Source of the DNA: Minisyncoccota bacterium
Lineage (GTDB): Bacteria; Patescibacteriota; Minisyncoccia; Phycocordibacterales; UBA918
Assembly (NCBI GenBank): GCA_041389045.1
Contig: JAWKSQ010000003.1
Span: 25,120 to 89,119, forward strand
Direction of reading: 5' to 3'
Length of the DNA: 64,000 nucleotides
Shown here: positions 29,704 through 40,086 of the stretch, in pieces
Numbering within the stretch: the first letter of the stretch is position 1
Layout: each line of letters starts with the position of its first letter
Made by a program: the position numbers and the translations under genes
The notes under the pieces: generated by a model
Seen by the model: only the letters and a program-made list of their open reading frames with translations
Told to the model about the DNA's origin: nothing
The model's database searches: none

Positions 29704-30762
29704 ATGGAAACATTAATTATCAAAATTCTTTTGCCGGCCATTTTAACTTTCACGATTGGAATTCTTATTACCCCAATCGTCACTCACTATTTATTCAAAT
29801 TTAAAGCTTGGAAAAAACAGGGCGGTAAGACTGCCATTGGAGGTCATATAGCGACAGAGTTTAATCGTCTCAAAGCTACTGAGGAAGCTTCCACACCACG
29901 CATGGGCGGTATCGTGATCTGGGGAAGTATCATACTGGCTTTATTACTATTATATACACTTAAGGAATTAACCGAGGTACAGTTTTTTTCTGACGTCTTC
30001 TTTTTAAGTCGGTCACAAACTTGGTTACCATTTTTTATCTTATGCGCTGGTGCACTGTTTGGTCTACTTAATGACTTCTATGACATACAACATGGCGGGA
30101 AGGGAGTTAGACTCTCAGTTAGGTTAATCATAATTAGTATTTTAGCTTCGATGATTGGTTGGTGGTTCTATAGCAAACTCGGCGTCACCTCCATCAGCTT
30201 ACCTTTTATTGATTCACTAGAGATCGGCGTATTAATTATTCCTTTCTTTGTTATATTAACAAACGCCCTTTATGCTAGTGGGGTCATTGATGGGATTGAC
30301 GGGCTATCAGGTGGAGTTTTTTCTACTATTTTTACTGCCTATGCTGGTGTCGCTATTATTCAGTCTCAGTTCGATCTAGCAGCTTTTTGCGTTATGGTGT
30401 CTGGAGCAATATTAGCTTTTCTTTGGTTTAATATTCCACCAGCTCGGTTCTGGATGACAGAGACTGGTACTATGTCACTCACCCTAACACTGTCTGTAGT
30501 AGTACTGATGACCGATCGTTTAGTAGATGGTCATGGTATTGCCTTGCTTCCGATTATTGGTTTCCTGCTGGTTGTCACAGTCCTATCAAACGTCATTCAA
30601 ATATCCTATCGAAAAATAACCGGAAAGAAATTCTTCAGAATCGCACCACTACATCACCACTTTGAAGCTATTGGCTGGCCTTCTTACAAGGTTACTATGC
30701 GATATTGGATTATTGGTATGCTTTGTGCCGTAACTGGAGTAATCATTGCTACCATTCTATGA
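29704..30762 (+). CDS. mraY: phospho-N-acetylmuramoyl-pentapeptide transferase
   Basis: NALYASGVIDGIDGLSGG and PLHHHFE motifs. Ten TM helices. Confidence 0.9.
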   Translation: METLIIKILLPAILTFTIGILITPIVTHYLFKFKAWKKQGGKTAIGGHIATEFNRLKATEEASTPRMGGIVIWGSIILALLLLYTLKELTEVQFFSDVFFLSRSQTWLPFFILCAGALFGLLNDFYDIQHGGKGVRLSVRLIIISILASMIGWWFYSKLGVTSISLPFIDSLEIGVLIIPFFVILTNALYASGVIDGIDGLSGGVFSTIFTAYAGVAIIQSQFDLAAFCVMVSGAILAFLWFNIPPARFWMTETGTMSLTLTLSVVVLMTDRLVDGHGIALLPIIGFLLVVTVLSNVIQISYRKITGKKFFRIAPLHHHFEAIGWPSYKVTMRYWIIGMLCAVTGVIIATIL

Positions 30763-31877
30763 AAGCTCATGCTCCAAAGTCAGTAGATATGATCTTACTG
30801 GTGCTAATAGTTATCTTAGTCGTCATTGGCTTTTTTATATTTTCCTCAGCTTCTTTAGGACTTTTGGCACGGAGTGGAGCCAGCTTTAGTTCAGTTGCTT
30901 TCAATCAGTTTTTCTTTGGTATCGTTGGAGGGGGACTGGCTTTACTTATTACCAGTAATATTTACTACCGAAACTGGCGCCAGTACGCTTTATATATTTT
31001 TATTGCTGGTATCCTTTTTACACTCGCGGTATTTATACCCGGTCTCGGTATGACTCATGCTGGAGCAACGCGCTGGATAGATATTGGCTTTACCACTATT
31101 CAACCTTCGGAGTTTCTAAAAATTGCTTTTGTTATATATACCGCCTCACTACTTTCTGGTACACATCGTCAAATAGATTCCTGGCGCTATGGTGTTTTAC
31201 CCTTTATTGGTGTCCTGGCCCTGATTGGCGTAGTAATGCTATCTCTACCTGACACAGACACACTGATGATTATGGCTGGAGCAGGCGTTGCTATGTTTAT
31301 CACAGCTGGAGCCAACTGGAAACATATCATTATGCTGGGAGTCGTCGGTTTTCTCTTGTTGTTAGCAGTAGCCTTTGCTAGACCATACGTAATGGACCGT
31401 ATCACTACCTTTCTAGACCCAACCAGCGATCCATTAGGGAGCGGTTACCAAATACAACAGTCACTGATTGCTGTCGGCTCAGGTGGGGTAGCTGGCCGAG
31501 GCTACGGTCAAAGTATTCAAAAGTTTGAGTACTTACCTGAACCAATCGGTGACTCTATCTTCGCTGTCTACGCCGAAGAGTTTGGGTTTATTGGGTCAGT
31601 CTTTTTAATATTCTTATTATCATTTTTCACTTTTCGTGGCTTCAAAATTGCTACTCAAGCTGAGGACTTATTCGGCATGCTCTTAGTCGTAGGATTTATG
31701 ACTATCATTGTTAGTCAAGCGTTTCTTAACATCGCTGCTATGCTTGGTATCGCACCACTCTCTGGACTGCCATTGCCATTTATTAGTCATGGCGGAACTG
31801 CTCTAATTGCTATCATGGCCTCACTAGGAATTGTGCTTAATGTGTCCAAATATCGCATCTACGACAAACGCTCGTGA
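30759..31877 (+). CDS. ftsW: SEDS-family peptidoglycan glycosyltransferase FtsW/RodA
   Basis: Polytopic SEDS architecture. The start ATG overlaps the mraY TGA (ATGA). Position between mraY and murG. Confidence 0.85.
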   Translation: MKAHAPKSVDMILLVLIVILVVIGFFIFSSASLGLLARSGASFSSVAFNQFFFGIVGGGLALLITSNIYYRNWRQYALYIFIAGILFTLAVFIPGLGMTHAGATRWIDIGFTTIQPSEFLKIAFVIYTASLLSGTHRQIDSWRYGVLPFIGVLALIGVVMLSLPDTDTLMIMAGAGVAMFITAGANWKHIIMLGVVGFLLLLAVAFARPYVMDRITTFLDPTSDPLGSGYQIQQSLIAVGSGGVAGRGYGQSIQKFEYLPEPIGDSIFAVYAEEFGFIGSVFLIFLLSFFTFRGFKIATQAEDLFGMLLVVGFMTIIVSQAFLNIAAMLGIAPLSGLPLPFISHGGTALIAIMASLGIVLNVSKYRIYDKRS

Positions 31878-33004
31878 TAAACTATCCTTATATGCGCATC
31901 GGCTTTGTTGGTGGTGGTACTGGAGGTCATTTCTATCCGCTTATTGCAGTGGCTGAAGTACTAGCTAAAGACCCAAACCAACCTGACTTTTATTACTTTG
32001 GGCCAACTGCTTATGACATTTCACTACTAAATGAACTCGACATAAAGTATGTTTACTGCCCAGCCGGAAAGTTAAGACTCTATCCTTCAATTCAAAATTT
32101 CTTTGACCTATTTAGAAATTTTTTTGGAATCTTTGTCGCTATCTGGAAACTCTATGTCATTTATCCTGATGTTATTTTTAGTAAAGGTGGATACACTAGT
32201 GTACCCATACTCATCGCTGCCAAACTACTTTGTATACCAGTAGTGATACACGAATCAGATGCTGTCCCTGGTAGAGCAAATCTTTTAGCTAAGAACTTCG
32301 CTCGCTATATTGCTATTTCGTACCCAGAAGCCGGTCAATATTTTGCCAAAGAAAAAACGGCCTTAACTGGTATACCAATCAGAAAAGCCATCAGTACCCC
32401 TGACCCTGACCCTTTTACCACCTTAGGTATTCCTAATGATTTACCATTAGTTTATGTTACTGGCGGTTCACTTGGTTCAGAACGAATAAATAACCTGCTA
32501 CTGCGCTGTCTAGATGAGCTACTACCGCAAGTACGGATCTTTCATCAGGCTGGCTTAACTCAAAAAAATGAGATTGCTCTAACCGCCAAATCACTAATAA
32601 CCGATCCGGTCTTACAAGGACATTATTACTTACGTGACACCATCGATGGAAAAACAGTCAACGCACTTTTGACCGCTGCTTCAGTTGTGATATCTAGAGC
32701 TGGTAGTACTTCTTTGTTTGAGATCGCTCTCCATGGCACACCTAGTATCGTTATACCGATTCCAGAAGATATCAGTCGCGACCAACGTTCTAATGCCTAT
32801 GCTTTTGCCCGCTCAGGAGCAGCTAGTGTTATAGAAGAACGTAATTTAACTGAAGCCTTGCTCATCTCGGAAATCCGGTCTATTATTGGCGACCAAGCTA
32901 AGTGGCAGAAAATGAGTCAGTCAGCCAAGCAATTTGCTGAAAATAACGCCGCAGAAAAAATCGCTACTATCTTAATTAAAATTGGTACTGAACATGGATC
33001 ATAA
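31874..33004 (+). CDS. murG: UDP-GlcNAc:lipid I N-acetylglucosaminyltransferase
   Basis: GGGTGGHFYP G-loop. GT28 N- and C-terminal domains. Confidence 0.85.
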   Translation: MINYPYMRIGFVGGGTGGHFYPLIAVAEVLAKDPNQPDFYYFGPTAYDISLLNELDIKYVYCPAGKLRLYPSIQNFFDLFRNFFGIFVAIWKLYVIYPDVIFSKGGYTSVPILIAAKLLCIPVVIHESDAVPGRANLLAKNFARYIAISYPEAGQYFAKEKTALTGIPIRKAISTPDPDPFTTLGIPNDLPLVYVTGGSLGSERINNLLLRCLDELLPQVRIFHQAGLTQKNEIALTAKSLITDPVLQGHYYLRDTIDGKTVNALLTAASVVISRAGSTSLFEIALHGTPSIVIPIPEDISRDQRSNAYAFARSGAASVIEERNLTEALLISEIRSIIGDQAKWQKMSQSAKQFAENNAAEKIATILIKIGTEHGS

Positions 33005-34461
33005 TACTTTAAACAAACCTGTCGTCACTAGATTTGCCCCTTCACCGACTGGTTTTATGCATATTGGCGGAGTGCGAACAGCGCTTTTTGCTTATCTTTT
33101 TGCCCGTAAACATAACGGGAAATTCATCTTAAGAATAGAAGATACTGACAAGGATAGGGAAGTGGCTGGTTCCATTGACCATATTCAAGAGTCACTTACC
33201 TGGCTTGGCATTAATTGGGATTTTGGCCCCAACAATCCCGGTGAGTTTGGCTCCTGTATTCAATCCGAAAGACTGCCAGTCTACCTAAAATACGCCAAAG
33301 AACTGGAAGCAAAGGGTTTAGCTTACGCAGACCCTTACACACCAGAGGAGGTGAGTGCCTTTAGAGAACAAGCGAAAGTAGAAAATAGACCTTTTTTGTT
33401 TCGCGATCATAGACCAGAAACTTTCCTCCCTTGGGATGGTACTCGTCCACTTAGATTAAAAGTGCCTGAAATTAAACGTTACACCTGGCAAGATGCTACG
33501 CGAGGTGAACTGAGTGCAGGCGAAGAAATGCTGGATGATTTTATATTAATAAAATCAGACGGTTATCCAACCTACAATCTCGCTCACATTATTGATGATC
33601 ACGAAATGGGCGTTACTCACATTATGCGAGCAGATGAGTTTATTTCTAGTATGCCAAAGTTCCTTAGTCTCTATGACGCTCTCGGCTTTACCTACCCAAC
33701 CTTTGTCACTCTACCACCCATCCTTCGCGATGATCGCACCAAAAAACTTGGTAAACGAGATGGAGCTAAAGACATACTTGAGTATCGGGCAGAAGGCTTT
33801 CTACCTGAAGCCATGGTCAATTTCCTAGCTCTCATCGGTTGGAATCCTGGTACGGACCAGGAAATCTTTAGCATGTCAGAATTAATAGAAGCATTCGACA
33901 TCAGTAAAATACAACGAGCTGGAGGAGCCTTTAATGAAGAAAAAGCTTTTGTGGATGAATAAACAATACCTAATTAAGTTAGATACTGAATCACAATTTG
34001 CATACGTGGAAAAGTCAATTCCGCCCACCCTAAAAAATATGCCTGGCTACAGCACTGAAAGGCTTGAAAAGCTGGTTCCAATACTACTTGAAAGAATTCA
34101 TGTCGGAGTAGATATTGAAGAGGCATCAGAGACAGGGGAGTACGATTTTGCTTTTTCCACTCCAAACTACGAAACCGAATTACTCAAATGGAAAAATGAC
34201 CCCGACGTAGCTCTAGTTAAGCCTCGATTAATTCAAGTAATCTCCATACTAAATGACGCTAACTGGGAGAGCCCAGAAACGCTTAAATCTGCCTTAATGC
34301 CTTATGCAGAAGAAATTGGCAAAGGGGAGGTCTTTTGGCCACTTCGAGTAGCCCTTTCTGGTAAAGCACAATCCCCAGACCCCTTTACTATTGCTTATAT
34401 TATTGGAAAAGAGGAAACTTTACTTAGAATAAAGCTTGCTTGTGATAAAATAAATGGGTGA
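32994..34461 (+). CDS. gltX: glutamate--tRNA ligase, frameshift in the A5 run near 33945
   Basis: PSPTGFMHIGG (HIGH) and KLGKRDG (KMSKS-like) in 32994-33962. The C-terminal anticodon-binding region (KLLWMNKQYL...) is in the adjacent frame, 33934-34461. Confidence 0.85.
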
Positions 34462-35774
34462 AATTCACCAATAAGCCACTCATAGCCTTTTTTGTTGGGC
34501 TTTTACTTGTGCCAATGTTAACCGGTAATCTGTTACCGGTTTTTGCGCAGACCTCAGAAATAGAAAAGTTGCAGAAAGATATTCAAGACCGGGGTTCGAG
34601 ACTGGCTGAAATTGAAAAGGAGATCGCTAAGTTTGAAGCTGAACTTAAAGTGGTTGGTTCCGAAAAGAAGACCCTGCAAAGCGCTATCAATCAGCTCGAA
34701 GTAGAGCGTAAAAAAGTCCAAGCAGAGATAGCGAAAACTGAGAACCAGATTAGCTACACCGACCTGGAAATAAACAAACTAATTTTAGAAATTTCTCGCA
34801 CAGAAAAGGAGATTAATGAGACCCAATCGGCGGTAGCACAAATCATTAGGTCACAATACCAGTCTGGCGAAGAGACCATGATCGAACTACTCCTGCAAAA
34901 AGAAAAACTGTCAGAATTCTGGAGTACTCTAGAAGCCCAAGAAACCATCCGTAATAGCATGGCTCTAAAAGTGTCTGAGCTTAGTGCCTTGCAAGAGACC
35001 CTGGAAGAAAAGCGCGAAGAAACTACTTCTAAGCGATCTGACTTACTGTCTCTAAAGTCGCAGTACTCGGACCAGAATTCCATTCTAGTAAATAATAAAA
35101 CCGAAAGAACTAAACTTCTCGAAGTTACCAAAAACGAAGAAAAGACATACCAACAGCTACTGTCTAAACAACAGCAAGAGAAAGAGCAAATTATCAAAGA
35201 ACTACGTGACTTTGAATCAAAACTACAGTTCATCCTTGACCCCAACACCATTCCCGCTCCCGGCACAAAAGTATTTGACTGGCCTTTACAGAAAGTCATC
35301 GTGACGCAGTACTTTGGTGGTACCGAATTTGCTAAGCGCAATGCTAGCGTCTATGCTGGTAGAGCCTACCATCCTGGCATCGACCTTGGCACACCACGTG
35401 GTACGGCTATTCACGCACCACTGACTGGTACTGTTAGGGCGACAGGGAACACTGACTTAGTACCGGGTTGTTACTCATGGGGTAAATGGACTCTGATTGA
35501 TCATCCAAATGGACTTTCAACTCTCTATGCTCACCAAGATGTCATTAGTGTGTCACCTGGTCAAAAAGTTTCAACGGGAGAGGTAATTGGTTATTCCGGA
35601 AATACAGGCTATTCCACTGGACCACACTTACATTTCACTGTTTACGTGAAAGCCGGAGTGACTGTCAGACAATTTAATGAAATTAAGACTGTGACTAGTT
35701 GCGGTCCTGCCTCTACACCAGTAGCCGCGACTGACGCTTACGTAGACCCAATGCTCTATTTACCACCAGTTTAG
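34458..35774 (+). CDS. M23 family metallopeptidase with N-terminal coiled-coil (EnvC-like)
   Basis: Signal/TM N-terminus, a long coiled-coil, then HPGIDLG (HxxxD) and GNTGYSTGPHLHF (HxH) LytM motifs. Confidence 0.75.
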   Translation: MKFTNKPLIAFFVGLLLVPMLTGNLLPVFAQTSEIEKLQKDIQDRGSRLAEIEKEIAKFEAELKVVGSEKKTLQSAINQLEVERKKVQAEIAKTENQISYTDLEINKLILEISRTEKEINETQSAVAQIIRSQYQSGEETMIELLLQKEKLSEFWSTLEAQETIRNSMALKVSELSALQETLEEKREETTSKRSDLLSLKSQYSDQNSILVNNKTERTKLLEVTKNEEKTYQQLLSKQQQEKEQIIKELRDFESKLQFILDPNTIPAPGTKVFDWPLQKVIVTQYFGGTEFAKRNASVYAGRAYHPGIDLGTPRGTAIHAPLTGTVRATGNTDLVPGCYSWGKWTLIDHPNGLSTLYAHQDVISVSPGQKVSTGEVIGYSGNTGYSTGPHLHFTVYVKAGVTVRQFNEIKTVTSCGPASTPVAATDAYVDPMLYLPPV

Positions 35775-35829
35775 TTGATATGGGAGACATTGATATTTTG
35801 TAAAATGACCCGTATTTTATCGCAGTTAA

Positions 35830-36200
35830 AATCTTTCTTGAAAAGGGTGATCAGTTCTTGATTCTTAAAGATAAATTTGGTGATTGGGATTTGCGTGGTG
35901 GTTGAATTAAAAGTCTGAGTTTGAATCATTGCTACATGATATCCTGGCTCGTAAAATCACTGAAGAACTAGGGACAGAAATAATTTATGAAGCAGATATA
36001 GTGAGTGCCAAGCATACTCATGAGACACGAAAGGATTGAAGCGTCACCAGGAAATCCAGTAGTACATATATTTGGACTTGGTTACATTGCAAAACTTCGG
36101 AGTAGGGAGCCACAACTAAGCGAAGCTCACACAGAAATGATTTGGGTGAATAAAAAATAATTTTAAACCTGAAAAGTATTTTACTGATGGATGGCTCAAG
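35830..36200 (+). pseudogene. degraded NUDIX hydrolase remnant
   Basis: Fragments across frames: FGDWDLRGG (G-x5-E region) and ARKITEELGTEIIY (Nudix-box-like RExxEExG), with multiple stops. No intact ORF. Confidence 0.35.
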
Positions 36201-36254
36201 TGAGTTCAAGAGTATCTTAAAATAAAGTAGGGTCTAAATTAATTTGTACTAATA

Positions 36255-36925
36255 TTTTAATGTCGCACAATATTTTGATATAGGGAAGTGAGAGAGAGGG
36301 TGGGCGAGACAGCTAAATGATTAAGGAGACCCTAAAGACCGCCAGCGAAGCTGGCGGTCTTTAGGGTCTGACTGGTTTTAAAGAAGCTACAAAACTAAAA
36401 AATGCACTAGTAGAAATTCTGTAAGAAATTTAGAAATTTTTTTTAGAAATATTCTTAATGAACTTCTGAAAAGATTTTGTGCAAACTTTGAGCTTTCTTA
36501 GGTAAAACTTTTACACACAGATCAAGAAATACGCATGGAAGTTCTAAAAACATTGAAATTATCACCTTCGTCAACACGCCTAGTTTGTCTAGTACCTCTT
36601 TTAGTAGCAAAGGGCCTTAAAATCGATTTTTGAGCCTCAAAATAGCTATATAAATGACATAAGTCATAAAGGGCAAAAAAGTCGGTCCGAGAAGCTGATT
36701 TAGACGATGGAAGTATCAATTGGCTAAAAAATCTGCAGAAATGGTTTGAGTTAAATTTAGTCAGAAAATCAAAGTTGGTGATTAAAGTTAACTAATTAGT
36801 ACACAGTAATCAACCTGTAAGGCAAAAGCTGAATTTAGCTAAGGGAAGTGGTTGTAAGCTCAAACTTAATATAACCTTATTTAGATTAGAGACTATGTCG
36901 CAAAAGATATATTGTGCGACATCTC
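36255..36925. repeat. AT-rich segment bounded by copies of the 9-mer ATGTCGCAC in inverted orientation, with internal TAGAAAT repeats
   Basis: ATGTCGCAC at 36258, ATGTCGCAA at 36895 and its complement GTGCGACAT at 36914. The last two form an 8-bp hairpin. Three TAGAAAT repeats plus one AAGAAAT lie at 36410-36460. The segment also contains the large hairpin. Confidence 0.25.
36327..36369. repeat. 20-bp perfect inverted repeat forming a 43-nt hairpin (AGACCCTAAAGACCGCCAGC-gaa-GCTGGCGGTCTTTAGGGTCT)
   Basis: Read directly from the sequence. A GC-rich perfect palindrome in an AT-rich spacer, preceded by a GA-rich tract. No T-run follows it. Confidence 0.6.
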
Positions 36926-37002
36926 AGTAAATAACTTTTAGTATCTCAATAAGTCCCCCCTTCATTCTTAGGTTAGAAAAAAGCTATGGTACTGTTAAAA
37001 CT

Positions 37003-37788
37003 TTATTTAGCCATAAGTACCCCACCGAGTAGATTTGAAATAATCTCGTCATAGTTTGCACTTGCCTTAGTTAAGAAAATATTTCTCAAACCAGTATTAC
37101 TTAATGCATTCTTGATTTCCGGATGTCGTTCGAGATAATTTTGCAATTTACTTGGAATTATTTCATCTTGCGAAATCACCCTCACTCTCTCCCCTACATA
37201 GTCCCGGATAGGTTGTTTAAGTAAACAATAGTGAGTACATCCAAGTACCATGACATTAATGTTATTTTGAATAATTTCCTCTAGAAAATCTTTAGTGAGA
37301 TCGAACGCCTCCACTTCCTTTCCTGCTTCAATGAGTGGCACTAATGCTGAAATAACGTGAGACTTAAGTTGTAAGTTCGATCCGACTTTCATTAATTCAA
37401 GATCATACTTTTTGGAATTAACGGTTCGGCTAGTAGCTAGTAAGGCTACCGACTTCTGACCTGTCTCTGCTACTACCTCAACTGTAGGAATAATGACGCC
37501 AAGAATTCTTCTCTCTGCATACTGACCTACCAATACCGTGTCCTGGAGTTTTCTTAAGGTTTCAGCAGAAGCTGTGTTACAAGCTATTATCACCAGGCCA
37601 CAATCTTTATTGAATAGTGCTTCTACACCCTTTTTTGTAAACGCAAAAATTTCCTCTTCACTTCTATCTCCGTATGGCAAATTTGCCGTGTCTCCATAAT
37701 ATTCATAATCAAAATTTGGCAGTTCTTTGACCACGCTTTTTAATATCAAAAGACCACCCAACCCCGAGTCAAAAAAACCAATTTTCAT
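37003..37788 (-). CDS. murI: glutamate racemase
   Basis: FDSGLGG, ACNTAS and GCTHY active-site motifs. Confidence 0.85.
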   Translation of the reverse strand: MKIGFFDSGLGGLLILKSVVKELPNFDYEYYGDTANLPYGDRSEEEIFAFTKKGVEALFNKDCGLVIIACNTASAETLRKLQDTVLVGQYAERRILGVIIPTVEVVAETGQKSVALLATSRTVNSKKYDLELMKVGSNLQLKSHVISALVPLIEAGKEVEAFDLTKDFLEEIIQNNINVMVLGCTHYCLLKQPIRDYVGERVRVISQDEIIPSKLQNYLERHPEIKNALSNTGLRNIFLTKASANYDEIISNLLGGVLMAK

Positions 37789-37807
37789 AAGAATGTAAAA
37801 CTATATA

Positions 37808-38440
37808 TTATGTAGAGAACAGTTTGCGAAGTAGCATATGAGTTAACTCCCCCTTTTTAGCTTGTTCTTGTAACGCTTTAATATCAAGTATATAAGCTAG
37901 AGCTGGCGCATTATTAACTGAAGGATAAACTTTTTCTTCTCCCACCTGCAGGGCACCTAATGATTCGTAGAATATTCGATGCTTGGGATTTATGGTAAAG
38001 ACAAACAAGTCTAAATCCACTTCTAAACCATACATGATTACATGCTTCAGCAGACCTAGAGTTATATTAGACTCAATAACACTTAAATCTGCTTTATCTA
38101 TGTTGTCTTTCAAAAAATCCTTATCAACTACAAATTGGCAGACTTCAGCAATACTCTTTCCGGCCTGACGTACCGGATTTAGTTCTTCTCTAAAAATTAC
38201 ATCCATCGGTAAACCATCACTGGAATCGACAGCTAATGAGACTGTGCCGACAATTTTATCATCCAGGGTAGCTACAAAAGTTTTAGTGTCTGGATTACCC
38301 AAAAATTCTGTGATTTTTGAACCACTGTCTGAATCACTAGATATATAACCCTCTCCTTGGTAGACCTGGGTTATTAGTTTGGAAACAATCTTAAGTTCCT
38401 CAGGGTCAGAATTTAGTTTAAAGTTTAAATTATTTTGCAT
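37808..38440 (-). CDS. GNAT-fold acyltransferase, candidate acyl-ACP-dependent N-acyltransferase (N-acyl amino acid synthase/LuxI-like)
   Basis: 210-aa alpha/beta protein with weak GNAT-like features. It is directly downstream of an ACP and a PPTase on the same strand. The specific family is not verified. Confidence 0.35.
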   Translation of the reverse strand: MQNNLNFKLNSDPEELKIVSKLITQVYQGEGYISSDSDSGSKITEFLGNPDTKTFVATLDDKIVGTVSLAVDSSDGLPMDVIFREELNPVRQAGKSIAEVCQFVVDKDFLKDNIDKADLSVIESNITLGLLKHVIMYGLEVDLDLFVFTINPKHRIFYESLGALQVGEEKVYPSVNNAPALAYILDIKALQEQAKKGELTHMLLRKLFST

Positions 38441-38442
38441 GA

Positions 38443-38712
38443 TTAAGCTGGTACGCTTTGTAACTTTGCAGCATAATTAATAATATCTCCAACTGTATTT
38501 AGACGAACAACTTCATCGTAAGCCAAAGCTGATCCGTAATGTTTTTCAAACGCTATCAATAACTCAAAAAGCTGAATTGAGTCGGCGGTTAAATCAGCGA
38601 TGTTAGTGTCGTTAGTAATTTTTTCTTTAGCTAATTTTAGCGTATCACTAATAACATCAACAACTTCAGCGGTTAGTTTATCTAGGTTACTCATATAAAA
38701 CTGTGGTCCCAA
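38443..38712 (-). CDS. acyl carrier protein
   Basis: DLTADSIQLFELLIAFE matches the ACP phosphopantetheine-attachment consensus (DLGADSLDTVEL). About 83 aa from Met-7. Confidence 0.7.
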   Translation of the reverse strand: MGPQFYMSNLDKLTAEVVDVISDTLKLAKEKITNDTNIADLTADSIQLFELLIAFEKHYGSALAYDEVVRLNTVGDIINYAAKLQSVPA

Positions 38713-38719
38713 AAGATTA

Positions 38720-39373
38720 CTAATACTCTACACGTACCAGGATATATAAGCCCGGAAGCATTGTCCAGGTAACTTGTGCACCAGCATCTAAGTCATTTTC
38801 AAAGATTTTGACTGGTCCTAAAAACGGATTACCCTGAATGCAAATACGACCAGGGTGCATAGTGAGCCCAAAACCACGTGCCTTTAAATACGCTTCCTTA
38901 ATACACCAGATAAGCGTAGCCAACTTATCTGCATCACGACTATCATCAAAAACATTGAATTCTTCCCTTTCCTGCTTATGAAGGAAAGAAAGCAATGTAC
39001 CAAAATCAAACTTCCTTACTTTCTCTATATCCAAACCAACACCTCGTACCTTAGCTACTTCATAAACATCTGCTACCGCCACCCCACTAGAGTGGGTTAA
39101 AGCAGTTTTTATCTCTTTTAGCATTTTCATCTCACCATTTGGTAAGATTAATCTCAGTGATGGTGACCCACCTCTTTCAGACACCACTTCAATTCCAGAT
39201 TCGGTCACCTCAAGTGACAATTTACTTATTGCCACCCGTTTTAGAGCCACCCTTCCCAATAGCCAGTCTTCCCTTTTACTAATTTTTAGTTTGTCATATT
39301 GTAACAACTCCCCTTCTGTCATAAAGGTATGAATGTCGTCTTCAGAAAATTGGCCTCTAGTAATGATTTGCAT
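38720..39373 (-). CDS. 4'-phosphopantetheinyl transferase, Sfp/EntD type
   Basis: GVGLDIEKV (GxDxE) and WCIKEAYLKARG (WxxKEAxxK) PPTase motifs. 217 aa. Confidence 0.75.
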   Translation of the reverse strand: MQIITRGQFSEDDIHTFMTEGELLQYDKLKISKREDWLLGRVALKRVAISKLSLEVTESGIEVVSERGGSPSLRLILPNGEMKMLKEIKTALTHSSGVAVADVYEVAKVRGVGLDIEKVRKFDFGTLLSFLHKQEREEFNVFDDSRDADKLATLIWCIKEAYLKARGFGLTMHPGRICIQGNPFLGPVKIFENDLDAGAQVTWTMLPGLYILVRVEY

Positions 39374-39436
39374 GCTACTCTTGCTAAATCTGTAAATGAT
39401 TGTACTGTTAGTGATTATGAGTTAGTATAAGGCTTA

Positions 39437-40072
39437 ATGATGAAATTAGCGAAAAAAAGCTGGTTCACTCTTATACAGTTTGCCACCATACCCGTAAACT
39501 ACATTCTATCAAAGCTCCTCAAGCTTAAGGTGGTGCGCCCTAGTAATTTCCACTTGGAACACGGAACTCTTATTATTGCCAATCATCAGAGTAAAGTTGA
39601 TCCATTTCTTATTTCTACCCATGTAGGAAAAAAGAACATATTAAACATAGTTCCTATCAGATACCCAGTCACCCCAGAGTATATGAATAAAAAAATACTT
39701 GGTTTTTTTATTCGCCTGCTTGGTGGTTATAGTGTTGGTGAAAATTCACTGGAAAGGCTTAAAAAATTAATGTTTACAAGGGAGCTACTACGTGATAAGT
39801 ATACTGTAGTAATTTTCCCTGAAGGTAAAATTGTACGCGACGCTGATGCAGTAGCAGAGTTTGAGAAAGGGGCTCAAACCCTATTTTCTGAGAATTATCC
39901 CGTAGTATTTGTCCGCCTAAATGGTCTCAACAATAAGCATAAGTTCAAATTTTGGCAGAACCATTCAGCTCGTTTTGAATACAGTGAATACCTTGGCCCT
40001 GAAGTTCCCAAAGAGAAAAAAGTTGAGGCAATGGTTAAGTTCTTTAATGTTACTGCCCCTGTAATTGATTAA
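39437..40072 (+). CDS. lysophospholipid acyltransferase (PlsC-like 1-acyl-sn-glycerol-3-phosphate acyltransferase family)
   Basis: NHQSKVD (Hx4D) and FPEGK motifs. N-terminal hydrophobic segment. Confidence 0.65.
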   Translation: MMKLAKKSWFTLIQFATIPVNYILSKLLKLKVVRPSNFHLEHGTLIIANHQSKVDPFLISTHVGKKNILNIVPIRYPVTPEYMNKKILGFFIRLLGGYSVGENSLERLKKLMFTRELLRDKYTVVIFPEGKIVRDADAVAEFEKGAQTLFSENYPVVFVRLNGLNNKHKFKFWQNHSARFEYSEYLGPEVPKEKKVEAMVKFFNVTAPVID

Positions 40073-40086
40073 CGAAATTAACTATC

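Noticed and set aside
34754-35341. 195-aa minus-strand ORF
   Set aside because: Antisense inside the M23 peptidase gene. Low-complexity.
36400-36560. Replication origin (DnaA boxes) in the AT-rich 36.2-37.0 kb region
   Set aside because: Only weak TTACACACA-like matches and no clustered TTATCCACA boxes. dnaA and dnaN are not nearby.
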